Assembly: GCA_036008105.1 (NCBI GenBank)
Contig: DASYOE010000392.1
Span: 1 to 54,064, forward strand
DNA length: 54,064 nucleotides
DNA from: Candidatus Lustribacter sp.
GTDB taxonomy: Bacteria; Vulcanimicrobiota; Vulcanimicrobiia; Vulcanimicrobiales; Vulcanimicrobiaceae
Reading direction: 5' to 3'
The notes below the pieces were generated by a model, which was not told the origin of the DNA, did no database searches, and saw nothing but the letters and a program-made list of their open reading frames with translations. Numbering within the stretch: the stretch's first letter is position 1; each line of letters opens with the position of its first letter. Below are positions 1 through 12,622 of this stretch, in pieces. Both the position numbers and the translations under genes were made by a program.

Positions 1-751
1 CGCCGGCGATCGTGAAGGCGAGAAACAACAGGCCGGTCGTGGTGCGCGCGTCGGCGACGTGCAGCGATTCGCGCACGAAGAAAAACAAGAAGCCGAACAG
101 CGTGTAGAAACCGACGTTGATCGCCGCGCGTGAAACGAGGATCGTCGCCATCGGCGCCGTGACGCGGAGCGCAGCCGGCCGCAGCGAGGCCCAGGGCAGC
201 GTGCGCAAGTGAACGAGCGCGATCGCGCTCCCCGCGAGGAGGGCGACGACCAGCGCCGCGCCGGCCGTTGGCCCGTGCAGCGTCGCGGCGACCAGCAAAC
301 CGGTCACGCTGCCCGCGAACGACGACACGCTCATCCACGCCGACGCCCGGCCGCGGCGCTCGTCGTCGATCGCATCGGAGATTGCGGCTTGATAGGGACC
401 GCCGGCGACGTTCATGCCGATTTGCAGCGCGACGAACGCGGCGACGAGCGCACCCAGGCCCGCTGCGGCGAAGAACGCCACGAGCGCCGCCGCCGCGATC
501 ACCACGCCCCAGACGTAGAATTCGCGCCGGTGACCGATGCGAACCATCCGCCGGTCGGAGGCAAACCCCGCCGCCAGCTGCACCGCTGCAGCCACCAGCG
601 CACCACCGGATGCGATCCACGCATACGCGCGCACGTCGTCGCCCGGCGCGAGTTCCGCCACGCGGCTTTGAAGGAAGACCCCGAGAATCGCGCTCCACAC
701 CGCTTGGTTGCCGAACCACAGCGCGCTGATGCGGGCCGGGCTCGCGATCAC
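1..751 (-). CDS. MFS-type transporter, partial (3' end runs off the window)
   Basis: It is absent from the ORF track because it has no stop inside the window. Reverse-strand reading from GTG (751-749, a GTGA overlap with the stop of the 748-1479 gene) is uninterrupted and gives a multi-helix hydrophobic protein: 'VIASPARISALWFGNQAVWSAILGVFL...LQIGMNVAGGPYQAAISDAIDDERRGRASAWMSVSSFAG...'. The D-x4-RRGRA loop between helices is MFS-like. Confidence 0.5.
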   Translation of the reverse strand, partial: MIASPARISALWFGNQAVWSAILGVFLQSRVAELAPGDDVRAYAWIASGGALVAAAVQLAAGFASDRRMVRIGHRREFYVWGVVIAAAALVAFFAAAGLGALVAAFVALQIGMNVAGGPYQAAISDAIDDERRGRASAWMSVSSFAGSVTGLLVAATLHGPTAGAALVVALLAGSAIALVHLRTLPWASLRPAALRVTAPMATILVSRAAINVGFYTLFGFLFFFVRESLHVADARTTTGLLFLAFTIAG

Positions 752-1479
752 CGGCGCCCGCACGCGTAGCGATAGTCGGCCAGCGTATCGACGTCGTAGC
801 ACAGTCCCGGTGCCGCCGCGCGAATTGCCCCGGAGCGCACGCCCAGCACGCGCTCGGCCCGGCGCTCGATGTCGGCAATCCGCAAACGTCGCACGAGGAA
901 ACGCAGCAAGAGTGCGCCACCCAGCAAACGGGCCATGCCGACCGCGCTCTTGCGCGCGCGGAAGAATTCGCCGGCGACCGCACGTACCGGCACGCGAGCG
1001 CGGCTACCGATGAAGAACACGCTTCCGTTGGCGACGCGCTCCCCGCCCAGCGTTGTGATGTGCGGCGGCGCGCCGGGGTAGGCCGCCTCGTACGCCGTCG
1101 CCGCGGCGAGCGGCAGGCTGAGATCGAAGCCGGCGGCGGCAGCGAGGAACGCGCGCAGTTCGGCGCCGCGGGCGAACGGCAGATCGCTCGTCGCAAAGAG
1201 CAAGTCGTCGCCGGCCGGCCACGCGTCCAAGGCGCGTGCGACGTTCACCGCCCCGTCGTCGTCGGCCGCGACGACGCGCACCCCGCCGTCCACGCGGCGC
1301 CGGATCTCGGCATCGCCGACGACCGCGACGTCCGCAATGCCGGCGTCCGCGATCGCCCCGAGCATGACGTCGAGCAGCGTGCCGCCGCCGAACGGCGCGA
1401 GCGCCTTCAGCCGCGTGCCGATCGCGGCGGCGAACGTCTCGTCGACGCGGCCGCCCGCGGTCACCACCGCACGTAACAT
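748..1479 (-). CDS. MobA-like NTP-transferase (nucleotidyltransferase) family protein, substrate unknown
   Basis: 243-aa ORF. The N-terminal 'AVVTAGGRVDETF...LKALAPFGGGTLLD' resembles the glycine-rich nucleotide-binding loop of GT-A nucleotidyltransferases. It is divergent from carB. Confidence 0.55.
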   Translation of the reverse strand: MLRAVVTAGGRVDETFAAAIGTRLKALAPFGGGTLLDVMLGAIADAGIADVAVVGDAEIRRRVDGGVRVVAADDDGAVNVARALDAWPAGDDLLFATSDLPFARGAELRAFLAAAAGFDLSLPLAAATAYEAAYPGAPPHITTLGGERVANGSVFFIGSRARVPVRAVAGEFFRARKSAVGMARLLGGALLLRFLVRRLRIADIERRAERVLGVRSGAIRAAAPGLCYDVDTLADYRYACGRR

Positions 1480-1555
1480 ACGCGCGCGCCGTTCGGGGGA
1501 GGCAAGGCGAGCGCCTCGGCGGGGAACGGTGATTCGTCCGCCAATCTAGGCTGGA

Positions 1556-4770
<3,215 letters not shown>

Positions 4771-4771
<1 letters not shown>

Positions 4772-5526
4772 TGGAAGCAGCGGAGGCCGCCGCCGAACCC
4801 TACGCGTTCGTGCTCGGCGGCAACGCGAACACGCTTGCGTTCACCTCGAGCCTCGTGCCCGAGAACCGGCAGATCACCGCGTGGCTCGTGCCGCTCGCTT
4901 GGACGCCGATCGGCGTGGTGCTGGGCGAGAATTGGCAGCGGGTGAACGTCGCGGCCGATAACCTCGCCGCCTGGGGTGACACGACGTTTGCGCCCGACGA
5001 CGAGCGGGCGTTCGTCTCGTCGGTACGGGATCTCGAAATGCTCGCGCGCATCGGCTGGAGCGCACCGGTACCCGCCGAACTGACCGAGGCCACGCTGGTC
5101 AATCCCGACGACCTGCCGGAAGATTTGCTCGAAGCGTTTGCGCATCCGGCCGAAACGCTGGTGCAGTGCGCGATCTGCCGGCGCACCTGCGTGCGCGACG
5201 ATTTCGTCTGGAACGAGCGCCGGCTGTGCGCGTGGGATTACCACGCGACCGTGTTCGGCAAACGCGGTCCGTGGCACGCCGAGCCGTACGAAGAGCGCCA
5301 CTTCGAAACGTTGCCGACCTGCAAGTACGTTGCGCACCCGTTGCTGGAAGACGTCGGCGTCGATGCGATCATGGCGCTGGACGGGATCGATACCGCGCTG
5401 GCGCGGCACATCATCAACGAGGTGATCGCGGCCGATCCGACGCGCGCGCACCTCGCCGTGCAAACCGTCGGCGGCTTCACGGTCTTGCGCGAACGCAACA
5501 CGACGGGGGTCGATCCTGACCCCTGA
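4771..5526 (+). CDS. hypothetical protein with a Cys cluster (CxxC...C...C)
   Basis: 251-aa ORF with natural-looking composition. Its ATG overlaps the carB stop (TAATG). It contains 'QCAICRRTCVRDDFVWNERRLCAWDYH'. I recognise no family. The opposite-strand ORF 4768-5763 is Arg-rich junk. Confidence 0.6.
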
Positions 5527-5575
5527 ACCAGGTCGCGGGGCGGCGATCGGCGGCCTGCGGACGCTCTTCCTGATC

Positions 5576-6922
5576 TTGTTTGCGGTGCTGGCGGTGCGCC
5601 AACTGCAAATCGCCCTGGTCGATGCGCCGCGCCTCGACGCCGACACGCGCAACCCGCGCCGCAGCGACATCGCCGCCGGTCGCGGAACCATCGTCGCACG
5701 CGACGGTACGCCGCTGGCGATCACGCGTGACGGACGACGCGTATACCCGCTGGGCAGCATCACCGCCCACGCGATCGGTTACGCCTCGACGCGCTACGGC
5801 ACCGCCGGGCTCGAGGATGCCTTCGATCGCGTGCTCGCGCCGCAAACCGCCGACGCCGGTCCGTGGGCGGAATTCCAAAGCCTGCTCAGCGGACGCCGGG
5901 CGGCGCAAGGTGCGGAAGTCGTCACCACGCTCGACCTCGACGTGCAGCGCGCCCTCGCCGGCGCACTGGGAGCGCGTGCGCGCGCGGCCGGCATCGTGAT
6001 GGATCCGCGCAGCGGCGCGGTCATCGCGCTGGCCGCGACGCCTTCGTTCGATCCGAACACGCTCGACCGTAACTGGAAGACGCTGGTGGCCGACACCGCG
6101 TCGCCGCTACTCGACCGCAGCACGTCGGGACTGTATCCGCCCGGCTCGACGTTCAAAATCGTCACCGCCGGCGACGCGTTGGAGGCCGGCCTCGTCACGC
6201 CCGCGACGGTCTTCGTCGACACCGGCGGTCTGCAAGTCGGCAACTTCGTCGTGCACAACGATCAAAACGAGGTCACCGGGACGCAAACGCTCACCGGCGC
6301 GTTCGCGCTTTCGAGCAACGTCGACTTCGCCGGCATCGCGCTGAAGATCGGACCGGAGCGCTGGTTCGACGACGCGACGCGGTGGGGGCTCGGAGCGCCG
6401 GTGAACTTCGATTTGCCGGTCGCGCGCGACCGCTTGCCGCCGCGTGACGAGGTTACCCCGTCGGTGCTGGCCCAACTCGGTTTCGGTCAAGCCTCACTGC
6501 TGGTCACGCCGATGCGGATGGCGCTCGTGGCCGCCACGATCGCCGACGGCGGGCGCACCCCGCGGCCGTACCTCGTGCGCAGCATCGCCGGCGCCGATAC
6601 GACGCTAGCCACGGCGTCCGAACAACTCGCCGCGCCGCTGAGCCCGGACGTCGCCAACGAGGTGCGCGACCTGATGATCGCGGTCGTGCAGCACGGAACC
6701 GGGACCTCGGCCGCCTTGCCCGGCGTCACCGTTGCGGGCAAAACCGGCACCGCGACCAACCCGCACGGGCCGGCGCATTCGTGGTTCGTCGCGTTCGCCC
6801 CGGCGCAAGCGCCGCGCGTCGTGGTCGCCGTGATCGTGGAAAACGCCGGGTACGGAGCGGCCATCGCGGCGCCCATCGTGCGGGCGGTCCTACGGGTCGC
6901 GCTTGCTCGAACGCGAACGTAA
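5576..6922 (+). CDS. penicillin-binding protein 2 / PbpA-type D,D-transpeptidase
   Basis: SxxK 'GSTFK', SxN 'SSN' and KTG 'GKTGTA' motifs are in the correct order. 5576 (TTG) is the first canonical start, but the membrane anchor continues upstream in frame ('LTPEPGRGAAIGGLRTLFLILF'). The true start is therefore probably near 5516 (CTG). Confidence 0.9.
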   Translation: MFAVLAVRQLQIALVDAPRLDADTRNPRRSDIAAGRGTIVARDGTPLAITRDGRRVYPLGSITAHAIGYASTRYGTAGLEDAFDRVLAPQTADAGPWAEFQSLLSGRRAAQGAEVVTTLDLDVQRALAGALGARARAAGIVMDPRSGAVIALAATPSFDPNTLDRNWKTLVADTASPLLDRSTSGLYPPGSTFKIVTAGDALEAGLVTPATVFVDTGGLQVGNFVVHNDQNEVTGTQTLTGAFALSSNVDFAGIALKIGPERWFDDATRWGLGAPVNFDLPVARDRLPPRDEVTPSVLAQLGFGQASLLVTPMRMALVAATIADGGRTPRPYLVRSIAGADTTLATASEQLAAPLSPDVANEVRDLMIAVVQHGTGTSAALPGVTVAGKTGTATNPHGPAHSWFVAFAPAQAPRVVVAVIVENAGYGAAIAAPIVRAVLRVALARTRT

Positions 6923-6928
6923 CGAACG

Positions 6929-9010
6929 TTGGAACTCGAACACGTCTTCAACGGCCGCTACCGCGTCGATTCCCGCTTGGGGACCGGCGGGATGGCGATC
7001 GTGTACTGCGGGACCGATCTGTTGCTGCGCCGCCGCGTTGCGATCAAAGTGCTGCGCGATCAGTTCTCGGCCGACGACGATTTCATCAAGCGGTTTTCGT
7101 ACGAAGCACAAGCCGCCGCCCGGCTCTCGCACCCCAACGTCGTCAACGTCTACGATTTCGGTCACGAGGGCGACGCGTACTTCATCGTGATGGAACTGGT
7201 CGAGGGTGAAACCTTGGCCGCGATGTTGCGCGGCGAACGGCGCATTCCGGAATCGGTCGCAATCGACTACGCAACGCAGATCGCGGCCGGGCTCGCGTTC
7301 GCGCACCGCCAAGGGTTGCTCCACCGCGACGTCAAGCCGGCCAACATCCTGGTCACCGGCGACGACGTCGTCAAACTCGGCGATTTCGGCATCGCGCGGG
7401 CGGTCGCGGAGAACGCGATCGGCGTGACGCAGCCCGGGATGGTGATGGGCAGCGTCGCCTACGTGTCGCCCGAGCAGGCGCAGGGCCGCGAGCTCGACGC
7501 GCGTTCCGACTTGTATTCGCTGGGCGTCGTGCTCTACCAAATGGTGACCGGGCGACTGCCGTTCAACGGCGAGACACCGGTCGCGGTCGCGCTCAAGCAC
7601 GTGTCCGAAGCCGCACCGGCGCTCGATCCCGCGCGTGACGGCGTCAGCCCGGCGCTGGCGTCGATCGTCGCGACGTTGCTGCAGAAGAATCCGGACGATC
7701 GTTTCGCATCGGCCACGGAACTGAGCAGCGCACTACGCGAAGCGCGCGAACAACCGGCGGTAACGCTCGGCACCGCCGGGCGGGGGAGCGGCGACGCGCC
7801 GACCTCGCGCTTCCGCGCCGTCACGCCGCCGCCCGCACCGCCGCCGCGGCAGTCGGCCGCGCCCGACCGTCCGCCGAGCAACGGCGTCGCCGCGTTCGAC
7901 GAGCCGATGCCGCCGGCGTTCGACCGGCGCTGGATCCCGTTCTTCGCGCTGATGCTGATCGTGGCCGGCGTCGTCGGGTACCTCGGCGCGCGCGCGCTCG
8001 GACCGCGCAAAGACATTCCGGTCGCGAACTTCGTCAACAACAGTTCGATGCAGGCGCAGCAGTCGCTGGTCGGCGACGGGCTGCGGCCCGACGTGCGGAC
8101 CGAGGCGAGCGAAACGGTCCCGCTCGATCGCGTGATCCGCCAGGATCCGCCGGTGGGTTCGATGACGTCGCGCGGTGCGACCGTGGTGCTGTTCGTTTCG
8201 AGCGGACCGCCGCTGGTACCGATTCCCGACGTCAAGGGCTTCACCGCGGCCGACGCGCAGCACATGCTGGCCGGTACGAAGTTCAAGACGAAGATCGAAG
8301 GCCGCTTCGACGCCACGGCGGCCAAAGACACCGTGCTCGACGTGAGCCCGGCCGCCGGGACGAGCGCCGCCGAAGGCAGCACGATCACGCTGACCGTCTC
8401 GCAAGGCCGCCAGCCGGTGCGCGTGCCGCAACTGGTCGGCGCGGCGGTCGACGCTGCGCGCGCGCAACTCGCGCCGCTCGGACTCAAGCTCAACGTCGAT
8501 CAGCAGACCCCGAGCGACTTGATCCCCAGCGGCACGATCATCTCGCAGGCGCAAACCGGCGGCAGCTCGGTGGATCCCGGTTCGACGATCGGCGTCACGG
8601 TCAGCACCGGACCCGTGCTCGTTTCGGTTCCGGACGTCGGCGCGAAGTCGATGGCGGATGCGGTCGCCACGCTGCAAGCGGCCGGCTTCAACGCGCGCAT
8701 TCAATACATCGTCGACGCCACCAACGCCGGCGGCAACGTTGCGAGCCAGGATCCGGCCGCCAACGCCACCGCGCCGCGCCGCTCCGCGGTGACGATCAGC
8801 GTTTCCGTTCCCGGCACGGTTCCGGACGTGACGAACATGACGCTCGATGCGGCCAAAACGGCGATCGTCGCCGGCGGCTACACCGTGGGCAACGTCGCGG
8901 TGACGCAAGACGGTCCGACCGGGAAGGTCGCGCGCACCGAACCGGAAGCGAACGCCGCGCTACGGCCCGGCGAAGCGGTGACGATCTACTATCACGGCGT
9001 GGCACCGTAA
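6929..9010 (+). CDS. pknB: Ser/Thr protein kinase with five extracellular PASTA repeats (PknB-like)
   Basis: Hanks kinase motifs 'VAIKVL', 'HRDVKPANIL', 'DFGIA' and 'SPEQA'. These are followed by a Pro-rich linker, one TM helix ('WIPFFALMLIVAGVVGYLGA') and five ~65-aa PASTA-like repeats. Confidence 0.93.
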   Translation: MELEHVFNGRYRVDSRLGTGGMAIVYCGTDLLLRRRVAIKVLRDQFSADDDFIKRFSYEAQAAARLSHPNVVNVYDFGHEGDAYFIVMELVEGETLAAMLRGERRIPESVAIDYATQIAAGLAFAHRQGLLHRDVKPANILVTGDDVVKLGDFGIARAVAENAIGVTQPGMVMGSVAYVSPEQAQGRELDARSDLYSLGVVLYQMVTGRLPFNGETPVAVALKHVSEAAPALDPARDGVSPALASIVATLLQKNPDDRFASATELSSALREAREQPAVTLGTAGRGSGDAPTSRFRAVTPPPAPPPRQSAAPDRPPSNGVAAFDEPMPPAFDRRWIPFFALMLIVAGVVGYLGARALGPRKDIPVANFVNNSSMQAQQSLVGDGLRPDVRTEASETVPLDRVIRQDPPVGSMTSRGATVVLFVSSGPPLVPIPDVKGFTAADAQHMLAGTKFKTKIEGRFDATAAKDTVLDVSPAAGTSAAEGSTITLTVSQGRQPVRVPQLVGAAVDAARAQLAPLGLKLNVDQQTPSDLIPSGTIISQAQTGGSSVDPGSTIGVTVSTGPVLVSVPDVGAKSMADAVATLQAAGFNARIQYIVDATNAGGNVASQDPAANATAPRRSAVTISVSVPGTVPDVTNMTLDAAKTAIVAGGYTVGNVAVTQDGPTGKVARTEPEANAALRPGEAVTIYYHGVAP

Positions 9011-9519
9011 TGCGCGTCCTGGGCGTGGATCCGGGACTGCGCACGACCGGGTACGGCGTCGTCGATGCCGAGGGCGGCCGTTACCGGCTCGTTGAAGGCG
9101 GGGTGCTGCGCCCCAAGACCACGCTCACGCTCGACGCGCGGCTGGCGCAACTGCACGCGGCCATGCTCGAGGTCGTGCGCGCGACGCAGCCCGATTGCAT
9201 GGTCGTGGAAGAGCTGTGGTCCGCGCCGAAACATCCGCCCACCGCCGTCCTCATGGGTCACGCGCGCGGCGTGATCGCGCTGGCCGCCGGCTTGTGCGAC
9301 GTGACGTTCGAAGAACTCTCGCACGTGACGGTGAAACGCGCGCTGACCGGCAACGGTGCGGCGCGCAAAGAGCAAGTCAAAGCGATGGTGTGCGTGCATC
9401 TCGGGCTGACCGTCCCGCCCGAGCCGGACGACGTCTCGGATGCGCTCGCACTGGCCCTCGTGTTCGCAATGCGCGGCCGCGACGTGGTGGCAATAGCGCG
9501 CGCTGCGGCCGGGCGCTAG
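9010..9519 (+). CDS. ruvC: crossover junction endodeoxyribonuclease RuvC
   Basis: 'MRVLGVDPGLRTTGYGVVD', with the catalytic acidic residues in the conserved context. TAATG overlap with pknB. Confidence 0.93.
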   Translation: MRVLGVDPGLRTTGYGVVDAEGGRYRLVEGGVLRPKTTLTLDARLAQLHAAMLEVVRATQPDCMVVEELWSAPKHPPTAVLMGHARGVIALAAGLCDVTFEELSHVTVKRALTGNGAARKEQVKAMVCVHLGLTVPPEPDDVSDALALALVFAMRGRDVVAIARAAAGR

Positions 9520-9522
9520 CCC

Positions 9523-10155
9523 ATGTTTTCGCGGATCACGGGGACGCTGCTCGAGCGCGACGGTGACGTCGTGCGCGTCGACGTCGGCGGGCTGACGTAC
9601 GACATCACCCTGCCGCCGAGCGTGGCGGGAAAGATCGAAAGCGCATCCGGTGCGCCGGTCGCGCTCGAAGTGTACGCGCAGCTCCAGATCGACGGGAACG
9701 CCGGCCGGTACGTCTTTTTCGGCTTCACCAACACCGTGGAGCGCGAGTTCTTCGAGGCGCTGATCTCGGTCGCAGGCGTCGGCCCGAAGGCCGCGTCGCG
9801 CGCGTTTTCCGCCCCGATGGGCCGCATCGCGCGTGCCATCGACGCCGGCGACCACGTCTTCTTGAAGACCCTGCCCGGCATCGGTCAGCAGAAGGCGCGC
9901 GACATCGTGGCGAAGCTCCAGGGTAAAGTGGGCCGCTTCTTGTTGATCCAAGACGCCCCGGTTCGACCCGAACCCCCGGCGATGCCCGATTTCGCCGCCG
10001 AAGCGCTGGCGGTGCTGCTGCAACTCGCCTATCGTCGGCCCGAAGCCGAAGCGATGATCAACGAAACGCTCGTCGCCGCACCGCAGCTGCGTGATGCCGA
10101 AGCGCTGCTCGCGGAGATCTATCGGCAGCGCAATAAGACGGGCTCCGCCTCGTGA
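9523..10155 (+). CDS. ruvA: Holliday junction DNA helicase RuvA
   Basis: 'MFSRITGTLLE...VRVDVGGLTYDI' OB fold, 'LISVAGVGPKAA' and 'LPGIGQQKARDIV' HhH motifs, and a C-terminal domain III. Confidence 0.93.
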   Translation: MFSRITGTLLERDGDVVRVDVGGLTYDITLPPSVAGKIESASGAPVALEVYAQLQIDGNAGRYVFFGFTNTVEREFFEALISVAGVGPKAASRAFSAPMGRIARAIDAGDHVFLKTLPGIGQQKARDIVAKLQGKVGRFLLIQDAPVRPEPPAMPDFAAEALAVLLQLAYRRPEAEAMINETLVAAPQLRDAEALLAEIYRQRNKTGSAS

Positions 10156-11222
10156 GCTCCGGCGACGTGCGGAAGAAGATCGTCGGGCCGAGCGATACGG
10201 AACCGCGGGCGATCGCCGCCGACGCGTCGCTCGAAGATGCGGTGTACGGCGCGACGCTGCGGCCACGGACGTTCGAAGATTACGTCGGGCAACAGCAGAT
10301 CGTCGACAACCTGCGCATCGCGATCGATGCATCGAAGCGTCGCGGCGAACCGCTCGAGCATGTGTTGTTTTCGGGACCCCCGGGCCTCGGCAAGACGACG
10401 CTGGCGAACCTCATTGCCAAAGAACTGGGCGGAACGCTGCACGGTTCGTCCGGCCCGACGCTCGAGAAGCCGAAGGATCTGGTCGGCATTCTCACCGCGC
10501 TCGACGCGGGCGACGTGCTGTTCATCGACGAGATCCACCGGCTCGGCGCGGTGGTCGAAGAGTACCTCTATCCGGCGATGGAAGACTTCCAGATCGATTT
10601 CGTCGTCGACCGCGGAGCGTACGCGAAGACCCTGAAGCTGCCGCTCAAGCGCTTCACGCTGGTCGGCGCCACGACCCGCGCCGGCATGCTCTCGGCACCG
10701 TTGCGCGATCGCTTCGGGCTCATGTATCACCTGGACTATTACGAGCCGGCCGAATTGCAGCACATCATCGAGCGCAGTGCCCGGGTGCTCGAGGTGCGCG
10801 TCGAAGAGGCCGGCGCGGCGACGATTGCGGCGCGCAGCCGTGGCACACCGCGCATCGCGAACCGGCTGTTGCGGCGCGTGCGCGACTTTGCCGAAGTTCG
10901 CGCCGACGGCGTGGTCACCGGAGCGGTCGCCGACGAAGCGTTGCGGCGCGAAGGGGTCGACGAACGCGGGCTCGATCGGCTCGATCGTGCGTACTTGCGC
11001 ACGATCGCCGAAGGCTACGGCGGCGGCCCCGTCGGCATCAACGCGATCGCCGCCACGTTGACCGAAGATCTCGAAACGCTCGAAGACGTCGTCGAACCGT
11101 ACCTCTTGAAGATCGGCTTCGTGCAGCGCACGGCCAACGGCCGCAAAACGACGGCCGCGGCGTTCGCGCACCTCGGCCTCGTCGCCCCGAGCGGAACCGA
11201 TCAGCCGGGGCTCTTCACGTGA
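10152..11222 (+). CDS. ruvB: Holliday junction DNA helicase RuvB
   Basis: 'LRPRTFEDYVGQQ', Walker A 'GPPGLGKTTLA', 'LFIDEIHRL' and 'GATTRAGMLSAPLRDRFG'. 4-nt overlap with ruvA. Confidence 0.97.
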   Translation: MSSGDVRKKIVGPSDTEPRAIAADASLEDAVYGATLRPRTFEDYVGQQQIVDNLRIAIDASKRRGEPLEHVLFSGPPGLGKTTLANLIAKELGGTLHGSSGPTLEKPKDLVGILTALDAGDVLFIDEIHRLGAVVEEYLYPAMEDFQIDFVVDRGAYAKTLKLPLKRFTLVGATTRAGMLSAPLRDRFGLMYHLDYYEPAELQHIIERSARVLEVRVEEAGAATIAARSRGTPRIANRLLRRVRDFAEVRADGVVTGAVADEALRREGVDERGLDRLDRAYLRTIAEGYGGGPVGINAIAATLTEDLETLEDVVEPYLLKIGFVQRTANGRKTTAAAFAHLGLVAPSGTDQPGLFT

Positions 11223-12169
11223 TCGAGCGCGCGCTGTTTCTCAAGGGTTTACTCGTCGCAACCGGCGGCCTGGATATTTGGGATCCGCCCGATCAAGAGT
11301 TGCCGCCCTCGGCGCCGACGCCGGCGCCCGTGCCCGCGCCGCGCGCGCCGGGCGGTAACACCATCGTGCGCGTTCAGCTCGCCGACGGCTCGATCGCCGC
11401 GCTCGATGTCGAGAAGTATCTCTACGGTGTCGTGCCGCTCGAGTCGCCGCCCAGTTGGCCCGCCGCCGCGCTGCAAGCGCAGGCGATCGTCGCGCGCACG
11501 TTCGCGCTGCAGAAGCGCACCCTCTCGCGCGCCTTCGACGTGACCGCGACCGACAGCGACCAGCGCTATGGCGGCCCGGCGGCCGAGCATCCGGCCTCGA
11601 GCGCCGCGGTCGATGCGACGCGCGGTCAAACTCTCGCCTACCTCGGTGGCCCGGCAAGCGTCTTTTACAGCGCGTGCTGCGGCGGGCACAGCGCCGACGC
11701 CGACGTGTTGTGGGGTCACGCCGGTCTGCCGTACTTGCGCGGCGTCGACGATCCGTATTGCACCGCATCGCCCGACTACCGCTGGGAGCGTTCCCTCCCG
11801 CTCGACCGCGCCCGTGCCGCGCTCGCCGATAAGCTGGGCGGCGCACCGCAGGTGGCGCAACTTGCGGACCTGGATGACTCCGGCCGGCCGCAAACCGTCA
11901 CCTTTCGCAGCGATGCAGGAATGGTGCTCGCGTTGAGCGTGAGCGAAGTTCGCCGCCGTTTCGGTCCCGATACCGTCCGCAGCCTGTGGATACGTGAGAT
12001 CGACTTCGATCGCACGCAGGCCGTACCGCTCGTCGTCATCGAAGGCTCAGGCCGTGGGCACGGTGTCGGACTCTGTCAGTGGGGCGCGCGAGGAATGGCT
12101 CTTAATGGAGCCGCCGCGGCGGATATTCTGGCCCACTTTTTCCCGGGCACCGCGGTGACCGGTGGCTGA
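11219..12169 (+). CDS. SpoIID/LytB-domain protein (peptidoglycan-remodelling lytic transglycosylase family)
   Basis: This is the 3' third of the 692-aa ORF 10091-12169, in the same frame. GTG at 11219 overlaps the ruvB stop (GTGA). It has a hydrophobic N-terminus, then 'ALQAQAIVARTFAL', 'FYSACCGGHSADADVLWG' and 'GRGHGVGLCQWGARGMA'. Confidence 0.85.
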   Translation: MIERALFLKGLLVATGGLDIWDPPDQELPPSAPTPAPVPAPRAPGGNTIVRVQLADGSIAALDVEKYLYGVVPLESPPSWPAAALQAQAIVARTFALQKRTLSRAFDVTATDSDQRYGGPAAEHPASSAAVDATRGQTLAYLGGPASVFYSACCGGHSADADVLWGHAGLPYLRGVDDPYCTASPDYRWERSLPLDRARAALADKLGGAPQVAQLADLDDSGRPQTVTFRSDAGMVLALSVSEVRRRFGPDTVRSLWIREIDFDRTQAVPLVVIEGSGRGHGVGLCQWGARGMALNGAAAADILAHFFPGTAVTGG

Positions 12170-12530
12170 TCAGGAAAAACGTAAGGCAGCCGGGGCCCTT
12201 CGTCTACGGAAATACATCCCCGTCAGCGTCGAAGAGAAACTGACCTTCACGCTCTTTCGTGCCTCGATCGCCGACATTTCGGCGACCGGCGCGCGCTTGA
12301 TCGTGAGCGAGTTTCTCTCGAAGGGCACGCGCTGGATCATCACGATGAAAGAGACGCCGCACTTGGCGATCAAGGGTGAAGTGCGCTGGGTGAAGATGGA
12401 TCAGAATCCGAAGCCGGGCGCCAATCCCCAGTTCCAAGTCGGGATGCAGTTTCTCGAAATGAGCCCGGACGACACGAAGCGCCTTTCGACGTATTTGGAA
12501 TTCGAAAAGGCCCGGTCCGAGCACATATAG
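12162..12530 (+). CDS. PilZ-domain protein (putative c-di-GMP receptor)
   Basis: 122 aa. The DxSxxG motif is present as 'DISATG', followed by the beta-barrel pattern 'ARLIV...GTRWIITM...IKGEVRWV...QVGMQF'. The upstream RxxxR motif is only approximate ('RLRKY'). 8-nt overlap with the SpoIID-domain gene. Confidence 0.7.
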   Translation: MADQEKRKAAGALRLRKYIPVSVEEKLTFTLFRASIADISATGARLIVSEFLSKGTRWIITMKETPHLAIKGEVRWVKMDQNPKPGANPQFQVGMQFLEMSPDDTKRLSTYLEFEKARSEHI

Positions 12531-12622
12531 ACCTCGACGACGCGGCCGCCTACGCCTACGACCTCCCCGAGGACCGGATCGCCCGGACGCCGGCCGAGCG
12601 GCGCGAGGACGCGAAGCTGCTG

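Noticed and set aside
1480-1555. Nested inverted repeats upstream of carB (CCGTTC...GGCG-AG-CGCC...GAACGG) as a PyrR-type or arginine attenuator.
   Set aside because: No PyrR binding-loop consensus, leader peptide or U-tract follows the stem. The 75-nt gap must also hold two divergent promoters, and GC-rich DNA produces such stems by chance.
10091-11218. 5' two-thirds of the 692-aa ORF 10091-12169. The same pattern occurs at 19628-21295, 26813-27322, 33423-34073, 48986-49213, 49666-50166, 38447-39376 (N-terminal 107 aa), 44206-45135 (N-terminal 158 aa) and 27724-28473 (N-terminal 76 aa).
   Set aside because: These extensions are Arg-rich read-through in an alternative frame of the preceding real gene. 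The recognisable protein begins at an internal start that abuts or overlaps the upstream stop codon. Only the 3' parts were annotated.
11219-12169. SpoIID-domain gene as evidence for endospore formation.
   Set aside because: SpoIID/LytB-domain proteins are widespread in non-sporulating bacteria as peptidoglycan-remodelling enzymes. No other sporulation genes are present in the window.
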